A stretch of DNA of 64,000 nucleotides from a bacterium (lineage in GTDB: Bacteria > Patescibacteriota > Minisyncoccia > Phycocordibacterales > UBA6065), in the NCBI GenBank assembly GCA_030680695.1, contig JAUXUT010000149.1, positions 357,000-420,999 of the forward strand, in the 5' to 3' direction. The notes under the pieces are model-generated. The model had not been told where the DNA came from and ran no database searches. It worked only from the letters and a program-made list of their open reading frames with translations. Positions 28,058 through 38,512 of this stretch are shown in pieces (the stretch's first letter is position 1; the number at the start of each line of letters is the position of its first letter). A program made the position numbers and the translations under genes.

Positions 28058-28489
28058 TTATCTGAAGCTATCTATGAGATTTTTAATGACTTCTGTAATG
28101 ACGTTCGCTCCGATAAGGAGGATTGCTCCTATAATTGTATACTTAAATGTATTTTTTGCATCCGTTATCTTATCCTCGCTTCCCTGCGCCACCACAAATT
28201 TGAAGCCCGATATGATAAGGAACACCGCAATCACGGCATAACTGAGGCTGTAGACGAAGTTGATGACCTTGAATATAAGGCCGCCGATGCTGTCCACGCC
28301 TTTCAATGGATTACAAAGCATCGTCTCGCAATTCTTCTGAGGCACAGGAGCAGGAGCTCGTTCCTGGGTAATGCCCTGCTCTCTTTCTTGGGTAATAGGC
28401 GGCAATGTCTGAGTTGGAGTCTGTGCTATCGCCACTGTTGGCACAAATAAGAGTGCGGCAACGAGAAAGATCTTGATAATAGTGTTCAT
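28058..28489 (-). CDS. VirB2/TrbC-like pilin 2
   Basis: Signal peptide, CNPL, SGFKFVVAQGSEDKITDAKNTFKYTIIG. Confidence 0.82.
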   Translation of the reverse strand: MNTIIKIFLVAALLFVPTVAIAQTPTQTLPPITQEREQGITQERAPAPVPQKNCETMLCNPLKGVDSIGGLIFKVINFVYSLSYAVIAVFLIISGFKFVVAQGSEDKITDAKNTFKYTIIGAILLIGANVITEVIKNLIDSFR

Positions 28490-28492
28490 ATG

Positions 28493-29044
28493 CTAATTGC
28501 CGAGGAACTTATTGATAAACGATTCCGAGCTCTGGCTGCCGCCAATATTGTCGGCAAGGAAGTATCCGAGGAAAGCCTTCACAACTACGAATGCCGCAAG
28601 AATCCAGAACAAACCGATTATAAACGGCATCAACATCGATTTGGCCTTGGCCACTTTGCCTGAATCGCCGTTCGCCGTCAGATATGTGAAGGCAATCCAC
28701 ATGATCATACCAAGGGCGAGAGGTATGGCGAGATACAAGAGGAAGTTCACAATTCGGTTGGCGAGGATAAGAACGTGCTTGTATTCGCACGCCTCGCTAC
28801 CTTCGACGTAAACTGGCCTTGTCGTGCTGACGGGCTTTCCGCTCGAATCGGTCCCCATTACCGTCTCGAACATAGGTTGTCCGCTCGCATCAAGCTTCTG
28901 TTTCTTTACCCCATCACATGGGATGAGCTGGAAGCCAGGATCTTCTGGCCTGTCGACTTTTTGGGCGAAAGCGATGGAAGCTGGGGCGGCCAAGAACATT
29001 GCGAGTACCGTGGCCGAAAGAATCATGAACGAAAGCTTCTTCAT
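28493..29044 (-). CDS. VirB2/TrbC-like pilin 1
   Basis: Signal peptide (FAQ), LIPC...C, YLTANGDSGKVAKAK, two TM helices. Confidence 0.8.
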   Translation of the reverse strand: MKKLSFMILSATVLAMFLAAPASIAFAQKVDRPEDPGFQLIPCDGVKKQKLDASGQPMFETVMGTDSSGKPVSTTRPVYVEGSEACEYKHVLILANRIVNFLLYLAIPLALGMIMWIAFTYLTANGDSGKVAKAKSMLMPFIIGLFWILAAFVVVKAFLGYFLADNIGGSQSSESFINKFLGN

Positions 29045-29048
29045 GCTA

Positions 29049-30332
29049 TTACTGGTTAGTCCTAATGATAGAGTCTATCTCTGAGCTCGCCGCCGATACT
29101 GCTTGGCTCGCACGATAACGACCACTCGTCACGTTATCGACGAGCCTCTCGAATACAATATTGGTCGCTTCACGGTTCGGATCAAGCCACGCTCTGGCCA
29201 TTAAAGCACTGCGGTAGAAAACGGCCGTATATGCGCTTCCAGGTGTCGAGGCCAAGAGGTCTCGACGTACAGGCGGAAGGCCAGATTTTGATGCCCATAG
29301 ATTCTGGAGGTTCGAACCAGTCAAGATTGCCGCGGCTGATACTGATGGACCGATATTCGGCGAACTCTTCAGAAAAGCGAAGGCTGTCATATGACCGAAA
29401 GTTGCAGTCCTACCCGAGGCTTGTGGTATGACTGCAACATCGAAATTCAAGTTTGGGTTGGCAGACCTGATGCCCTGAAGTTCACTCGCATAGCCAAAAT
29501 ACATGGCAAGCTTCCCCGCTATAAACATGTCACGGTCGTTCATAAGCGAGCGATTCCATGTATAAGCTGGCTTTGATGGATTGGAGAACTCCGTAAAGAA
29601 ATTAATGGCCTGCTCGCCAGGAACTTGTCCTTGGCTCACACCGAATACGCTCGTCACTATGCCGCGGGCGTCGCGGGCAACGATCGGCGTTCCTGCTTGC
29701 ATCGAAAGCAGGGCGAGCATATCTTTGTAGTGGACGATATTCGCGGACGATCCCATGGCCACCATCGCTTGTGATATGCCTCCACCAACATCTTTCTTAA
29801 TTACTTTCGGGGCGAGCGCATAAAGTTCATTCCAAGTGGTCGGCGGGAGGCTTACGCCCGCCTCGCCGAATATCTCACGGTTCCAATACATAACCATTGG
29901 ATTGACCGAGAACGGCAAACCGATGACCCCGCCTGGGACGAGGTAGAGCTCGCTTCCCTCTATGAATGAATCCTTGAAGGTGCGTTCGGAATAGTTCTCG
30001 AACGGAACGACGAAAAACTTGTCTGCCTGCTTGAGGATGAGGTCCTGTGGCCAGAGAACCATGTCTGGACCCTGTCCGCGAGCCAATGATGCAATCAGTT
30101 CGGATTCGAAAGTCGCGGCCTGTTTTTGGACATATACGACGTTAAGCTGGTCTCGGTACTCGAGCCTTGCATCGCCGAGAAATCCCGACATGAGGCTATG
30201 TGGGAAAGTGCCCCACAACACAACCTGGGGCGCCTCACCAGAATTATTTGTGCGGTTTAGGGCGAAGAGCGCCACGCCGAAGACTGCGCATGCGATGAGT
30301 ACTCCGGTGAATATAAGTTGAAAGCGTGACAT
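29049..30332 (-). CDS. Extracellular solute-binding protein (family 1-like)
   Basis: N-terminal TM, LWG, GQGPD, GLPFSV..MVMYWNREIF, PPTTW, FIAGKLAM. Confidence 0.85.
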   Translation of the reverse strand: MSRFQLIFTGVLIACAVFGVALFALNRTNNSGEAPQVVLWGTFPHSLMSGFLGDARLEYRDQLNVVYVQKQAATFESELIASLARGQGPDMVLWPQDLILKQADKFFVVPFENYSERTFKDSFIEGSELYLVPGGVIGLPFSVNPMVMYWNREIFGEAGVSLPPTTWNELYALAPKVIKKDVGGGISQAMVAMGSSANIVHYKDMLALLSMQAGTPIVARDARGIVTSVFGVSQGQVPGEQAINFFTEFSNPSKPAYTWNRSLMNDRDMFIAGKLAMYFGYASELQGIRSANPNLNFDVAVIPQASGRTATFGHMTAFAFLKSSPNIGPSVSAAAILTGSNLQNLWASKSGLPPVRRDLLASTPGSAYTAVFYRSALMARAWLDPNREATNIVFERLVDNVTSGRYRASQAVSAASSEIDSIIRTNQ

Positions 30333-30338
30333 GTGGCC

Positions 30339-30866
30339 TTATTGCTTGCGGAATATCATACCATAATGGTGCGCCCCGGCCGTAAACTCGCGATCGAAAG
30401 CGAAACCAGTCTCGTGTGCGAGCTTCATGGCGTCGTCCTTGTACACGACATGACCTGGATGTGGGCCAATCTGCCCAAACGATCCGGACCACTCAATAAG
30501 CATGAACTTCCCTTTTTGCTTGAGGATGCGTTTTGCCTCCAAGAAAAATGTTTTCTTGTCTTCGAGCATGAACAGAATGTTTGATGCGATACAAGCGTCA
30601 ACCGAAACATCACGAATCTTAGAGCCACCGAGTTTCTCGAGATCCCCTGCAATCACATCGATATTACGAATATGTTGTCGTTGGGCTTCTTTCTTGAGCC
30701 TGTCGAGAAGATCTCGTTGAACGTCCACAGCGTAAACCTTACCCGTTGGGGCGACGGCCTTGGCGGCGGCGAGACTATAAAAGCCAGAACCTGCACCAAG
30801 ATCCGCAACAATGTTTCCGTCAGATAAACCTGCCTCTTCGACGTTTCGCTCGGGATTGCTGAACAT
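30339..30866 (-). CDS. Class I SAM-dependent methyltransferase
   Basis: VADLGAGSG, VYAVD, RILKQKG. Confidence 0.9.
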   Translation of the reverse strand: MFSNPERNVEEAGLSDGNIVADLGAGSGFYSLAAAKAVAPTGKVYAVDVQRDLLDRLKKEAQRQHIRNIDVIAGDLEKLGGSKIRDVSVDACIASNILFMLEDKKTFFLEAKRILKQKGKFMLIEWSGSFGQIGPHPGHVVYKDDAMKLAHETGFAFDREFTAGAHHYGMIFRKQ

Positions 30867-30935
30867 GCTTAAAGTATAGCAAATATAGAAAAGAAAAAGG
30901 CCCGCTCTTGCGCGCGGGCCTCGACAAAATAACTT

Positions 30936-32153
30936 TTACCGCACATACACTATCCGTAGCGGCTTGCCATCGGCACGGGGCCTCGGCAGCCAGAACTGTG
31001 CCTTTTGGACGTCTTCGGGCAGGTTGATGACCGTCGTCGGCACCCCATCAATGATGACCGTCGATAAATGCATCTCGATTGGCTCACTGATGATGGGCTT
31101 CCTGGCGAACCACGGACTGAAGTCCATGGTCACGTAGACGCCGCGCGGGTCATCGATAATCACCCTGCCTTGATCGACCGCCCGCTTGCTGAACCAACGT
31201 GGATTCACGTTGTCGCCGGGACCGTAGACCAACTCCTGGCGCTTGCCCATCAGACGATCGGCGTCCGCGAAGACCCGGCCCGAATGAACGGGCGCCGGCT
31301 CGACAACTGGAACAGGTGCCGGGACTGGCTTTGGCTGCTCGACCGCTGGTGCCGGTGCTGGCTCTGGTTCTACCTTAGGAGCAGGCTCAGGTTGTGCAAC
31401 GGGTACTGGCGGATCAGGACGCTTGAACAGCTCGAGGAACTCCGCGAAGAGACCTCTCGCCTTAGCAGCATCTTCCGCCGTCGAAGCACTGGTTGTTTCA
31501 ATCTCGACGGCAGCAGCGTGAACATCATCGATTTTGCCGATGATTTCATCCTTGGACCGATTGACGGCTTCAATGGTCGCGTTGGCACGACCGTCGGCTA
31601 CTTCGCTCTGTTCAACCAAGATCGTTCCAATATCCTTCTTGAGCGACACGAGGCCCTTCTCGACGGACGTGACGACCCGGCTGCCGCTGAGGCTGCCTAT
31701 GACCACGATCACGAAGGTGCAGGCGAGCATGACGGACGAGAGACCAATGAACCAGGGCCAGAAAGGCCGCGACTTGTTCTTCTCGACACAAGCACAGGTC
31801 ACTGCGTTCTCTTGAGAGTTGGTATCTCGAGAAGCACCGATGCTGGCCTTGATTTCCTTGACTGCGCCGTCGATCTTTTCGTCGATTTTCGCTTCGAGGG
31901 TGGCCTGCAAGGTCCCGACGGCTTCGGTCGCCGCACTGGCTTCGGCCCTGGTCTTTTCAACTTCACCTTCAAGGCTCCCGATGGATTCATTGACCTCTTT
32001 GAATCCTTTTTTAATGAGAACCTCTTGGGCATGCTGTTTCTTGACGAACGCCATGAAGGGCTTGCGCCCCTTGACGGAGATTTCCTTCGCGAGATCACGA
32101 AGAAAGGTTCTGGTGACGGTCCGGGACGGACCAGCATCTTCTGCGGTTGGCAT
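30936..32153 (-). CDS. Hypothetical membrane protein (coiled coil, TM, Pro-rich linker)
   Basis: Long ORF with a central TM and PEPAP repeats. Own promoter (TTGACA-17-TAGAAG near 32231-32259) and terminator (30898-30921). Start reassigned to ATG 32153. Confidence 0.7.
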   Translation of the reverse strand: MPTAEDAGPSRTVTRTFLRDLAKEISVKGRKPFMAFVKKQHAQEVLIKKGFKEVNESIGSLEGEVEKTRAEASAATEAVGTLQATLEAKIDEKIDGAVKEIKASIGASRDTNSQENAVTCACVEKNKSRPFWPWFIGLSSVMLACTFVIVVIGSLSGSRVVTSVEKGLVSLKKDIGTILVEQSEVADGRANATIEAVNRSKDEIIGKIDDVHAAAVEIETTSASTAEDAAKARGLFAEFLELFKRPDPPVPVAQPEPAPKVEPEPAPAPAVEQPKPVPAPVPVVEPAPVHSGRVFADADRLMGKRQELVYGPGDNVNPRWFSKRAVDQGRVIIDDPRGVYVTMDFSPWFARKPIISEPIEMHLSTVIIDGVPTTVINLPEDVQKAQFWLPRPRADGKPLRIVYVR

Positions 32154-32318
32154 ATGTATGTGGGGTTTCAAAGATCAACATGATCGGCTGGGCGCTGTCG
32201 CGCCCGAGAAAGCCGTTCTTGCTTATCCTGCTTCTACCATGCTGACGACTGAATGTCAAAACAATTTCGTGGCCCGGCACAATACAAAAACCGCCTTGCG
32301 GCGGTTGTCAATTCCAAA

Positions 32319-34808
32319 CTACAGACAAACAACGGATGCGAGCGAATCCCCGTCACGCAATTTCATTATACGCACACCCTGGGTCGAGCGACCGAGGACT
32401 GGGATTTCGGCGAGCGAGACACGAACAACCTGCGATTTCTTGGACATCGCAACGAGCTCGCTGTCTTCTTCGGTGACAACCTTGGCCGATATAATTGGCC
32501 CGGTCTTATCGGTGCAATTCATTGTGAGAATTCCTGATCCGCCGCGACCCTGGGTCTTGTACTCGCTCATCTCGGTGGTCTTGCCGTAGCCATTCTTTGA
32601 TATGACCATGAGGCGAGTGCCCTTGGCGCCGGCCTTCACAACATCGGCGCTGATAACTGTGTCACCTTTGGCAAGATTGATGCCGCGGACACCCATGGCA
32701 GAACGTCCCATCTCGCGCACGTCGGCTTCCTCGAACCTGATTGACTGGCCGTCGGCTGTAACAATAGAAACGTCGTTGCCTTTAGACGAGAACGATGCGG
32801 ATGTGAGCGCGTCGCCTGGTTCAAGGGTGATGGCGATGATGCCAGATCGGCGCACATCGTGGAACGATTCTGCTTTCACCTTCTTCACTGTTCCCTGCTT
32901 GGTAACCATCATAATAGAAAGTTCTGTCGAACCCTTGGTCGCCTTCGGCATGGAAAGAATTGATGTGACCTTCTCGTTGTCGGCAAGCGACAAGAAATTC
33001 ACAAGGGCCTTGCCCTTGGTCGCACGGCGGCCTTCTGGGAGCTCGTACATCTTGATCTGATATGCCTTCCCCTTGTCTGTAAAGAAGAGCATATCAGCAT
33101 GGGTGTTCGCGGTGACGAGGTTTGTGACGAAATCCTCTTCCTTTGTATCAAGGTCGATTACGCCAACACCGCCGCGTTTCTGTTTGCGGTACTCATCCGG
33201 CATGGTTCGTTTAACATATCCGCCCTGGGTGAGCACGAGCACATTTTCGACGTCTGGAATAAGGTCTTCGTCAGACATGGCTTTCACGCCGCCCTTGATG
33301 ACACGTGTGCGACGTTCATCGCCGAACTTTGCCTTGATGTCGGCGAGCTCTTGTTTGATAACGCCGAGGATTTTCTTCGGCGAGGCGAGAAGTGCTTTCA
33401 ATTCCTCGATAAGAGCCTGGACAGATTTGAGTTCATCCTCAACTTTCTTGCGCTCAAGTCCTGCGAGCTTTTGGAGGCGCATGTCGAGAATTGCCTGGGC
33501 CTGAAGGACCGAGAACTTGAAGGTTTTCATGAGACCAGCCTTGGCATCTTCAACGGACGCAGACTTGCGGATCAGTTTGATGATCTCGTCTATGTGGTCG
33601 AGGGCTTTCTTGAGGCCAAGCAAGATGTGTTCACGAGCCTCGGCAATGCGAAGATCGTATGCGCTGCGGCGTTTAACCACCTCGATGCGGTGCTCGATGA
33701 AGTTTTCAAGAATAGTCTTGAGGGCAAGAGTTTCTGGACGACCCTTCACGAGGGCGACGATGTTCAAATGGAACGTATCTTCGAGTTGAGTGTGCTTGAA
33801 CAGGAAGTTAAGAATCTTCTGTGGATGTGAACCTTGTTTAAGATCAATAACGATACGAATGTCTTTTGCAGATTCGTCGCGGAGGCCCTTGATGCCTTCG
33901 ATTTTCTTTTCGCGGACGAGGTTTGCGATATTAACGATGAGGTCGGCCTTAATCACGCGATATGGAATCGATGTGATGATAATTTGGAACTGGCCAGCCT
34001 TGTTCTCGACGATTTCAGCGTCGCCACGTGTGACGATGCCGCCCTTTCCAGTAGTATATGCGTGATGAATATCTTTTTCGCCGTAAATATTTCCGCCCGT
34101 AGGAAAGTCAGGTCCTTTTATAAATTGTAGAAGGTCCTCGGTTGAAGCGTCCTTGTTTTCAATAAGATGAGTCGTCGCATCAATGACTTCGCTCAGGTTA
34201 TGCGGAGGAATGTTCGTTGCCATTCCCACTGCGATACCAAGAGTACCGTTGAGAAGAAGATTGGGAACGGCTGTTGGTAGAACCGTAGGCTCCTTCTTTG
34301 TGTTGTCGTAGTTCGGACGGAAGTCCACTGTTTCCTTCTCGAGGTCTTTGAGAAGTTCACCTGCGAGGCGCGACATTTTAGCCTCGGTGTATCGGTACGC
34401 GGCCGCACCGTCACCGTCGATCGATCCGAAGTTTCCTTGGCCGATGACGAGTGGATATCGCATCGAGAAATCCTGGGCCATTTTCACCATCGCCTCGTAC
34501 ACAGACGAGTCACCGTGCGGATGATATTTACCGAGCACGTCTCCCACGATCGTCGCAGACTTTTTTGTCTTGGCTGATGCGGTGAGACCGATGTCGTTCA
34601 TCGCATACAAAATACGGCGGTGAACGGGTTTTAGTCCGTCGCGAACATCAGGAAGCGCGCGAGCCGTAATGACGGACATCGCGTAGTCGAGATACGACTC
34701 GCGCATCTCTGTAACTATCGAGCGTGCCTGTATGCCCTTCTCTTCGAACGGCAGCTTTGGATCCGGCGTGGCGGCCGAGGGATTGGAATTGGGATTCTTT
34801 GGGCTCAT
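32319..34808 (-). CDS. gyrA: DNA gyrase subunit A
   Basis: [22 protein letters not shown], GyrA-box QKRGGVG, beta-pinwheel repeats. Confidence 0.97.
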   Translation of the reverse strand: MSPKNPNSNPSAATPDPKLPFEEKGIQARSIVTEMRESYLDYAMSVITARALPDVRDGLKPVHRRILYAMNDIGLTASAKTKKSATIVGDVLGKYHPHGDSSVYEAMVKMAQDFSMRYPLVIGQGNFGSIDGDGAAAYRYTEAKMSRLAGELLKDLEKETVDFRPNYDNTKKEPTVLPTAVPNLLLNGTLGIAVGMATNIPPHNLSEVIDATTHLIENKDASTEDLLQFIKGPDFPTGGNIYGEKDIHHAYTTGKGGIVTRGDAEIVENKAGQFQIIITSIPYRVIKADLIVNIANLVREKKIEGIKGLRDESAKDIRIVIDLKQGSHPQKILNFLFKHTQLEDTFHLNIVALVKGRPETLALKTILENFIEHRIEVVKRRSAYDLRIAEAREHILLGLKKALDHIDEIIKLIRKSASVEDAKAGLMKTFKFSVLQAQAILDMRLQKLAGLERKKVEDELKSVQALIEELKALLASPKKILGVIKQELADIKAKFGDERRTRVIKGGVKAMSDEDLIPDVENVLVLTQGGYVKRTMPDEYRKQKRGGVGVIDLDTKEEDFVTNLVTANTHADMLFFTDKGKAYQIKMYELPEGRRATKGKALVNFLSLADNEKVTSILSMPKATKGSTELSIMMVTKQGTVKKVKAESFHDVRRSGIIAITLEPGDALTSASFSSKGNDVSIVTADGQSIRFEEADVREMGRSAMGVRGINLAKGDTVISADVVKAGAKGTRLMVISKNGYGKTTEMSEYKTQGRGGSGILTMNCTDKTGPIISAKVVTEEDSELVAMSKKSQVVRVSLAEIPVLGRSTQGVRIMKLRDGDSLASVVCL

Positions 34809-34828
34809 GCGGTAAGGCTTTATATGGC

Positions 34829-35179
34829 TTAGTTACTGTCTATTATATCAGAAGTGGTCGAACTTGTCGCGTCTTCGGTCATAACTTGCTCTGATTCTAG
34901 GTCTGATTCTTGCCCTGATCCGAAGGCTTCACTCGAGGCACCTATGGCGCCATCAATGTCCCTCAAAAATTGCCTCCAGGACTCAGCGATACCTGATGCG
35001 GCTGCAGACGAAGAACTCTCGCGCTCTTCAGGAATAAAAGTGCCAGACTTGATACGTAGCACGAGCGTCGTCGCCCACAGCACGACAATGATAGTGATGA
35101 CCGTGACTGAGAATATCACAACGAATCGGTGTCGCACGGGTTCCGGACTCCTTCTCAGTTTGTCTATATATTCAAACAT
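34829..35179 (-). CDS. Hypothetical single-TM protein
   Basis: In operon order with gyrA; one TM helix and an acidic tail. Confidence 0.7.
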   Translation of the reverse strand: MFEYIDKLRRSPEPVRHRFVVIFSVTVITIIVVLWATTLVLRIKSGTFIPEERESSSSAAASGIAESWRQFLRDIDGAIGASSEAFGSGQESDLESEQVMTEDATSSTTSDIIDSN

Positions 35180-35206
35180 GATGTGAGCGGCCCTCGGGCC
35201 GCAATA

Positions 35207-35836
35207 TTAAGCCTGAGGCTCGAGTACCACTACGTCGCCCTCCCTGCCTTCCAAGTCCTTCTTCTTGATGGTGAGCTTGTCTTGCGGTTTCTGGGCTTCC
35301 TCGCCCGCTTCTTTCAAGAATGCCTTGAGAGCAGCCTTGTCGTCGAAATAAAGTGGCACTATAAGCTTTGGCTCGAGATTAACCGCGAGTTTGCTCGCAT
35401 CAGCTGGCGAAAGCGATCCTTCCGCACCTACCGGCACAAAAAGTATATCGATGTCGTCGATCGATTCTGCCACCTCGCTTGGAAGTTCTTTTGACGAGAT
35501 TGCTCCGAGAAAACACAAGTTCATGTTTTCGAGATTCACCGTATATACAGTGTTGATGCGCTCCTCGCCCTTGTATTTTGATTCGGTCTTGAAGCCTTTG
35601 ATAAAGACGCCTTTAATCTCGTACTCCCCCGGACCTGTTACCGCGAAAGCCTGGCGATCGCCAAGGGACGCCTGATCCACGCCGTTGAAATCCTCGTGAT
35701 TGATCGAGACAAGTGCCACATCCGCACCAAAACGTGACGCCTTGAATTTGGAGTCCTTGGATATCGGGTTGACCGAAAGCGTGATGTCGCCAAATTGAAC
35801 CTTGACCGATGCGCCGCCCTGGTATGTGAGTATCAT
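35207..35836 (-). CDS. MBL-fold metallo-hydrolase-like protein
   Basis: GPGEYEIKGVFI, DIDILFVPVG, LEPKLIVP. The HxHxDH motif is degenerate (SINHEDF). Confidence 0.8.
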   Translation of the reverse strand: MILTYQGGASVKVQFGDITLSVNPISKDSKFKASRFGADVALVSINHEDFNGVDQASLGDRQAFAVTGPGEYEIKGVFIKGFKTESKYKGEERINTVYTVNLENMNLCFLGAISSKELPSEVAESIDDIDILFVPVGAEGSLSPADASKLAVNLEPKLIVPLYFDDKAALKAFLKEAGEEAQKPQDKLTIKKKDLEGREGDVVVLEPQA

Positions 35837-36049
35837 AGGTCTAGAGTATAGAATATTCGGACTTTTCTTACTAGATTGACAAAGGCGCGAACGCTTTTGC
35901 CTTTTACGGCCATATATGGTATCTTTTCCGCACCTGACTTCCGTCAGTTTTTTGTTTAGTTTTTATTTATTTCGCCCGCTCGGTAACCCTCCTTTCGTGA
36001 ACAACGGCCAGAGAATCTGGAAGGGAGAGCCGAAACGGCCATTTCATTC

Positions 36050-37138
36050 ATGTCAGAAGAAATCAAGAAGGTAGAGACGGTGATGAGCAAGATGCTTGCT
36101 GATACCGCTACTCCTCCTAACGTTGGCGACCTCATCGAAGGTTCTGTTATTGCTATCGACAAGAAGGGACTCTTCGTAGATCTCCCTCCATTCGGAACAG
36201 GTATCATTTACGGTCGCGAGTATATGCTCGCCCGCGATGTTATCAAGAAGATCAACATCGGAGACAGAGTCTCTGCAAAAATCGTTGATGCGTCGAACAA
36301 GGACGGCTATATCGAACTCTCTCTCAAGGAAGCTCGCCAGGCGCTCATTTGGACCGAGGCAGAGCAGGCAATCGTCGACAAAACCATCCTCGAACTCCCT
36401 ATCAAGGAAGCGAACAAGGGCGGTCTCATCATTGAATGGCAGGGCATCCAGGGCTTCCTCCCTGCGTCCCAGCTTAAACCAGAGCACTATCCACGTGTTC
36501 AGGACGGCGACAAGGATTCTATTCTTGTTGAGCTCAAGAAACTCGTTGGCACCCGCCTCGCAGTTTCGATCATTGGTGCGTTCCCCAAGGAAGGCAAACT
36601 CATTTTCTCTGAGAAAAACTCTGCAGCAGGTGCAGACAAAGCAGTCGCAGTTGCCAAGTTCAAAGTTGGCGATGAAGTTGAGGGTAAGGTCACCGGAATG
36701 GTGGACTTCGGTGTCTTCGTCAAAATCGATGAGGGTCTTGAAGGTCTCGTTCACATCTCTGAAATCGACTGGGCTCTCGTTGAGGATCCAAAGACTCGTT
36801 TCAAGGTTGGCGACAAGGTCAACGTGAAGGTCATCGAGGTTAAGGACGGCAAGGTGTCCCTCTCGATTAAGGCCCTCAAGCCAAACCCATGGTCAGAGGC
36901 AGGTAAGAAATACAAGAAGGACATGGCCGTAAAGGGCGTTGTCATCAAGTTCAACCGCCACGGAGCGCTCGCCTCGATCGAAGAAGGCATCGCTGGCCTC
37001 GTGCACGTCTCAGAGTTTGGCTCGGAAGAAAAGCTCCGCCAGAACCTCGAGCTCGGCAAAGTATATCCGTTCAAGATTACCCTCTTTGATGCGGGCAATC
37101 AGAAGATGACTCTCGCCTTCGCCGGAGAAAAGAAATAG
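36050..37138 (+). CDS. rpsA: 30S ribosomal protein S1 (4 S1 domains)
   Basis: NKGGLI..GFLPASQL, DFGVFV..EGLVHISEI repeats; long 5' leader. Confidence 0.9.
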   Translation: MSEEIKKVETVMSKMLADTATPPNVGDLIEGSVIAIDKKGLFVDLPPFGTGIIYGREYMLARDVIKKINIGDRVSAKIVDASNKDGYIELSLKEARQALIWTEAEQAIVDKTILELPIKEANKGGLIIEWQGIQGFLPASQLKPEHYPRVQDGDKDSILVELKKLVGTRLAVSIIGAFPKEGKLIFSEKNSAAGADKAVAVAKFKVGDEVEGKVTGMVDFGVFVKIDEGLEGLVHISEIDWALVEDPKTRFKVGDKVNVKVIEVKDGKVSLSIKALKPNPWSEAGKKYKKDMAVKGVVIKFNRHGALASIEEGIAGLVHVSEFGSEEKLRQNLELGKVYPFKITLFDAGNQKMTLAFAGEKK

Positions 37139-37155
37139 TCTCGAATATCCTCCGC

Positions 37156-37455
37156 CTATATCGGCAAATCATGAACAGCACGCGCAATTATGCGCGTCGC
37201 TTTTCGTATATCTGATTTCCAGAGTTCCTGTTTGTGTCCAAGACCTATTCTCCGAACCAGATGGCGTCCTTCAAGTCTTTTCATAATAGTCGGTAGCGAG
37301 CCGCGTGGAATTTCCGAATATCGTGCAATCGCCGACATGCTTTTTGCTACTCGTGATAAAAGTAGGATTTTCCGTTCGGATTCAGAAAGGCCGAGTATGT
37401 CGAAGGCTTTTTGCAAAGCCGCGTCGCGATTCTCGTGTTCATTTTGCGTTTTCAT
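37156..37455 (-). CDS. TrmB-like winged-helix protein
   Basis: LGLSESERKI...SAIARYSEIPRGSL..IMKRLEGRHLV. Confidence 0.7.
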   Translation of the reverse strand: MKTQNEHENRDAALQKAFDILGLSESERKILLLSRVAKSMSAIARYSEIPRGSLPTIMKRLEGRHLVRRIGLGHKQELWKSDIRKATRIIARAVHDLPI

Positions 37456-37487
37456 CCCTCCCTTATACCATCATCTTTTTGAGAACA

Positions 37488-37524
37488 GTGGGACATTTGA
37501 TGAAAATTTCATCAAATGTCCCAC
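37488..37524. promoter_or_regulatory. Perfect 37-bp palindrome (candidate operator)
   Basis: GTGGGACATTTGATGAAA-A-TTTCATCAAATGTCCCAC. Confidence 0.7.
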
Positions 37525-37585
37525 GTATTGAAAAAAGCATTAAAGAGCCCCGTAAGGCCGTTAAATGGCACGGTCGCCAAAAGGC

Positions 37586-37614
37586 TTGACAAAATAATGG
37601 CACGGGTGTATAAT
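37586..37614 (+). promoter_or_regulatory. Consensus sigma70 promoter
   Basis: TTGACA-17-TATAAT with CACGGGTG before the -10. Confidence 0.8.
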
Positions 37615-37620
37615 TGTATA

Positions 37621-37762
37621 TAAGTCTTTCTGTTATTTTGTTTCTACCCGTCTCACGACGGGCACTCGGCCACAGGTACCAAGTCGGTTCCTTGTTGCGG
37701 CGGTGGTGGGGTATCATCCCGCGACAGAAATAAGGGCGCTCCACTCTGGAGCGCCCTTTTTA
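37621..37762 (+). ncRNA. Candidate small structured RNA
   Basis: Bounded by the consensus promoter and a terminator (37732-37762). No ATG-initiated ORF; closing helix plus three arms. Confidence 0.55.
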
Positions 37763-38407
37763 TTTATTGAACTGCGCGTTGTACTCACCCATCGCACGTT
37801 CCGGCGAATCGGTCACAGACATCTCGAGACAATCCACCACTTTCTTTATAACTTTTTTAAGTTCATCGGCTTCCTTGTCTTTGAACTCGGCGACTATGAA
37901 ATTGTCGGTGATGGTGTCGTGGTCTGGCTTCTTCAAAGCACCTTTGGCCGTGGCCGGTGTGATGCCAATGCGAATGCGATAAAAAGCCTGGGTGCCGAGG
38001 GCGCGGATGACCGAGTCAACACCCTTGTGGCCACCGGCACTTTTGTCCCACGATACTTTGGCCTTGCCCAAAGGTATGTCGAGATCGTCATGGACAACGA
38101 TAACGTCGGCGAGGGCCTTTTTTGGCTTGCCGTCCGGACCTTTCACTTTCTTCGCGCCTTTGGCGTATTTGGTTAAGGCCGAACCACTCTTGTTCATAAA
38201 GGTCTCGGGCAGTACGAGCGTTACCTTGCCTCCCTTACTTCCCTTGCCACCAACCTTCCCCGACAAAACCAAAGCATTGGTTTTCTTGTCGAATTCAAAA
38301 TCGCCGAGGTCCGCCTTTTTTGCAAACTTCTGCACTGCTTCGCGGCCCGCATTGTGTCGCGTGCCTTCGTATTCTTGTCCTGGGTTTCCTAGTCCGATGA
38401 TTATCAT
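37760..38407 (-). CDS. pth: Peptidyl-tRNA hydrolase
   Basis: IGLGNPG..Y..TRHNAG, PETFMNKSG, VVHDDLD, GGHKG, RIRIGI. Confidence 0.96.
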   Translation of the reverse strand: MIIIGLGNPGQEYEGTRHNAGREAVQKFAKKADLGDFEFDKKTNALVLSGKVGGKGSKGGKVTLVLPETFMNKSGSALTKYAKGAKKVKGPDGKPKKALADVIVVHDDLDIPLGKAKVSWDKSAGGHKGVDSVIRALGTQAFYRIRIGITPATAKGALKKPDHDTITDNFIVAEFKDKEADELKKVIKKVVDCLEMSVTDSPERAMGEYNAQFNK

Positions 38408-38512
38408 AATGAGAATAGGATACCATGCCTTTCAGCAAGCCGACATGGTGTGCCACTTCCTGTCAACGTCGCTTGCGAGCTATACTTACGCATCAATTAA
38501 CCGCTCTACTAT

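Noticed and set aside
31068-32183. 371-aa + strand ORF, and similar long shadows (16779-17669, 54353-55294, 24882-25574)
   Set aside because: They are antisense to better-supported genes and show no motifs or expression signals; typical codon-bias shadows.
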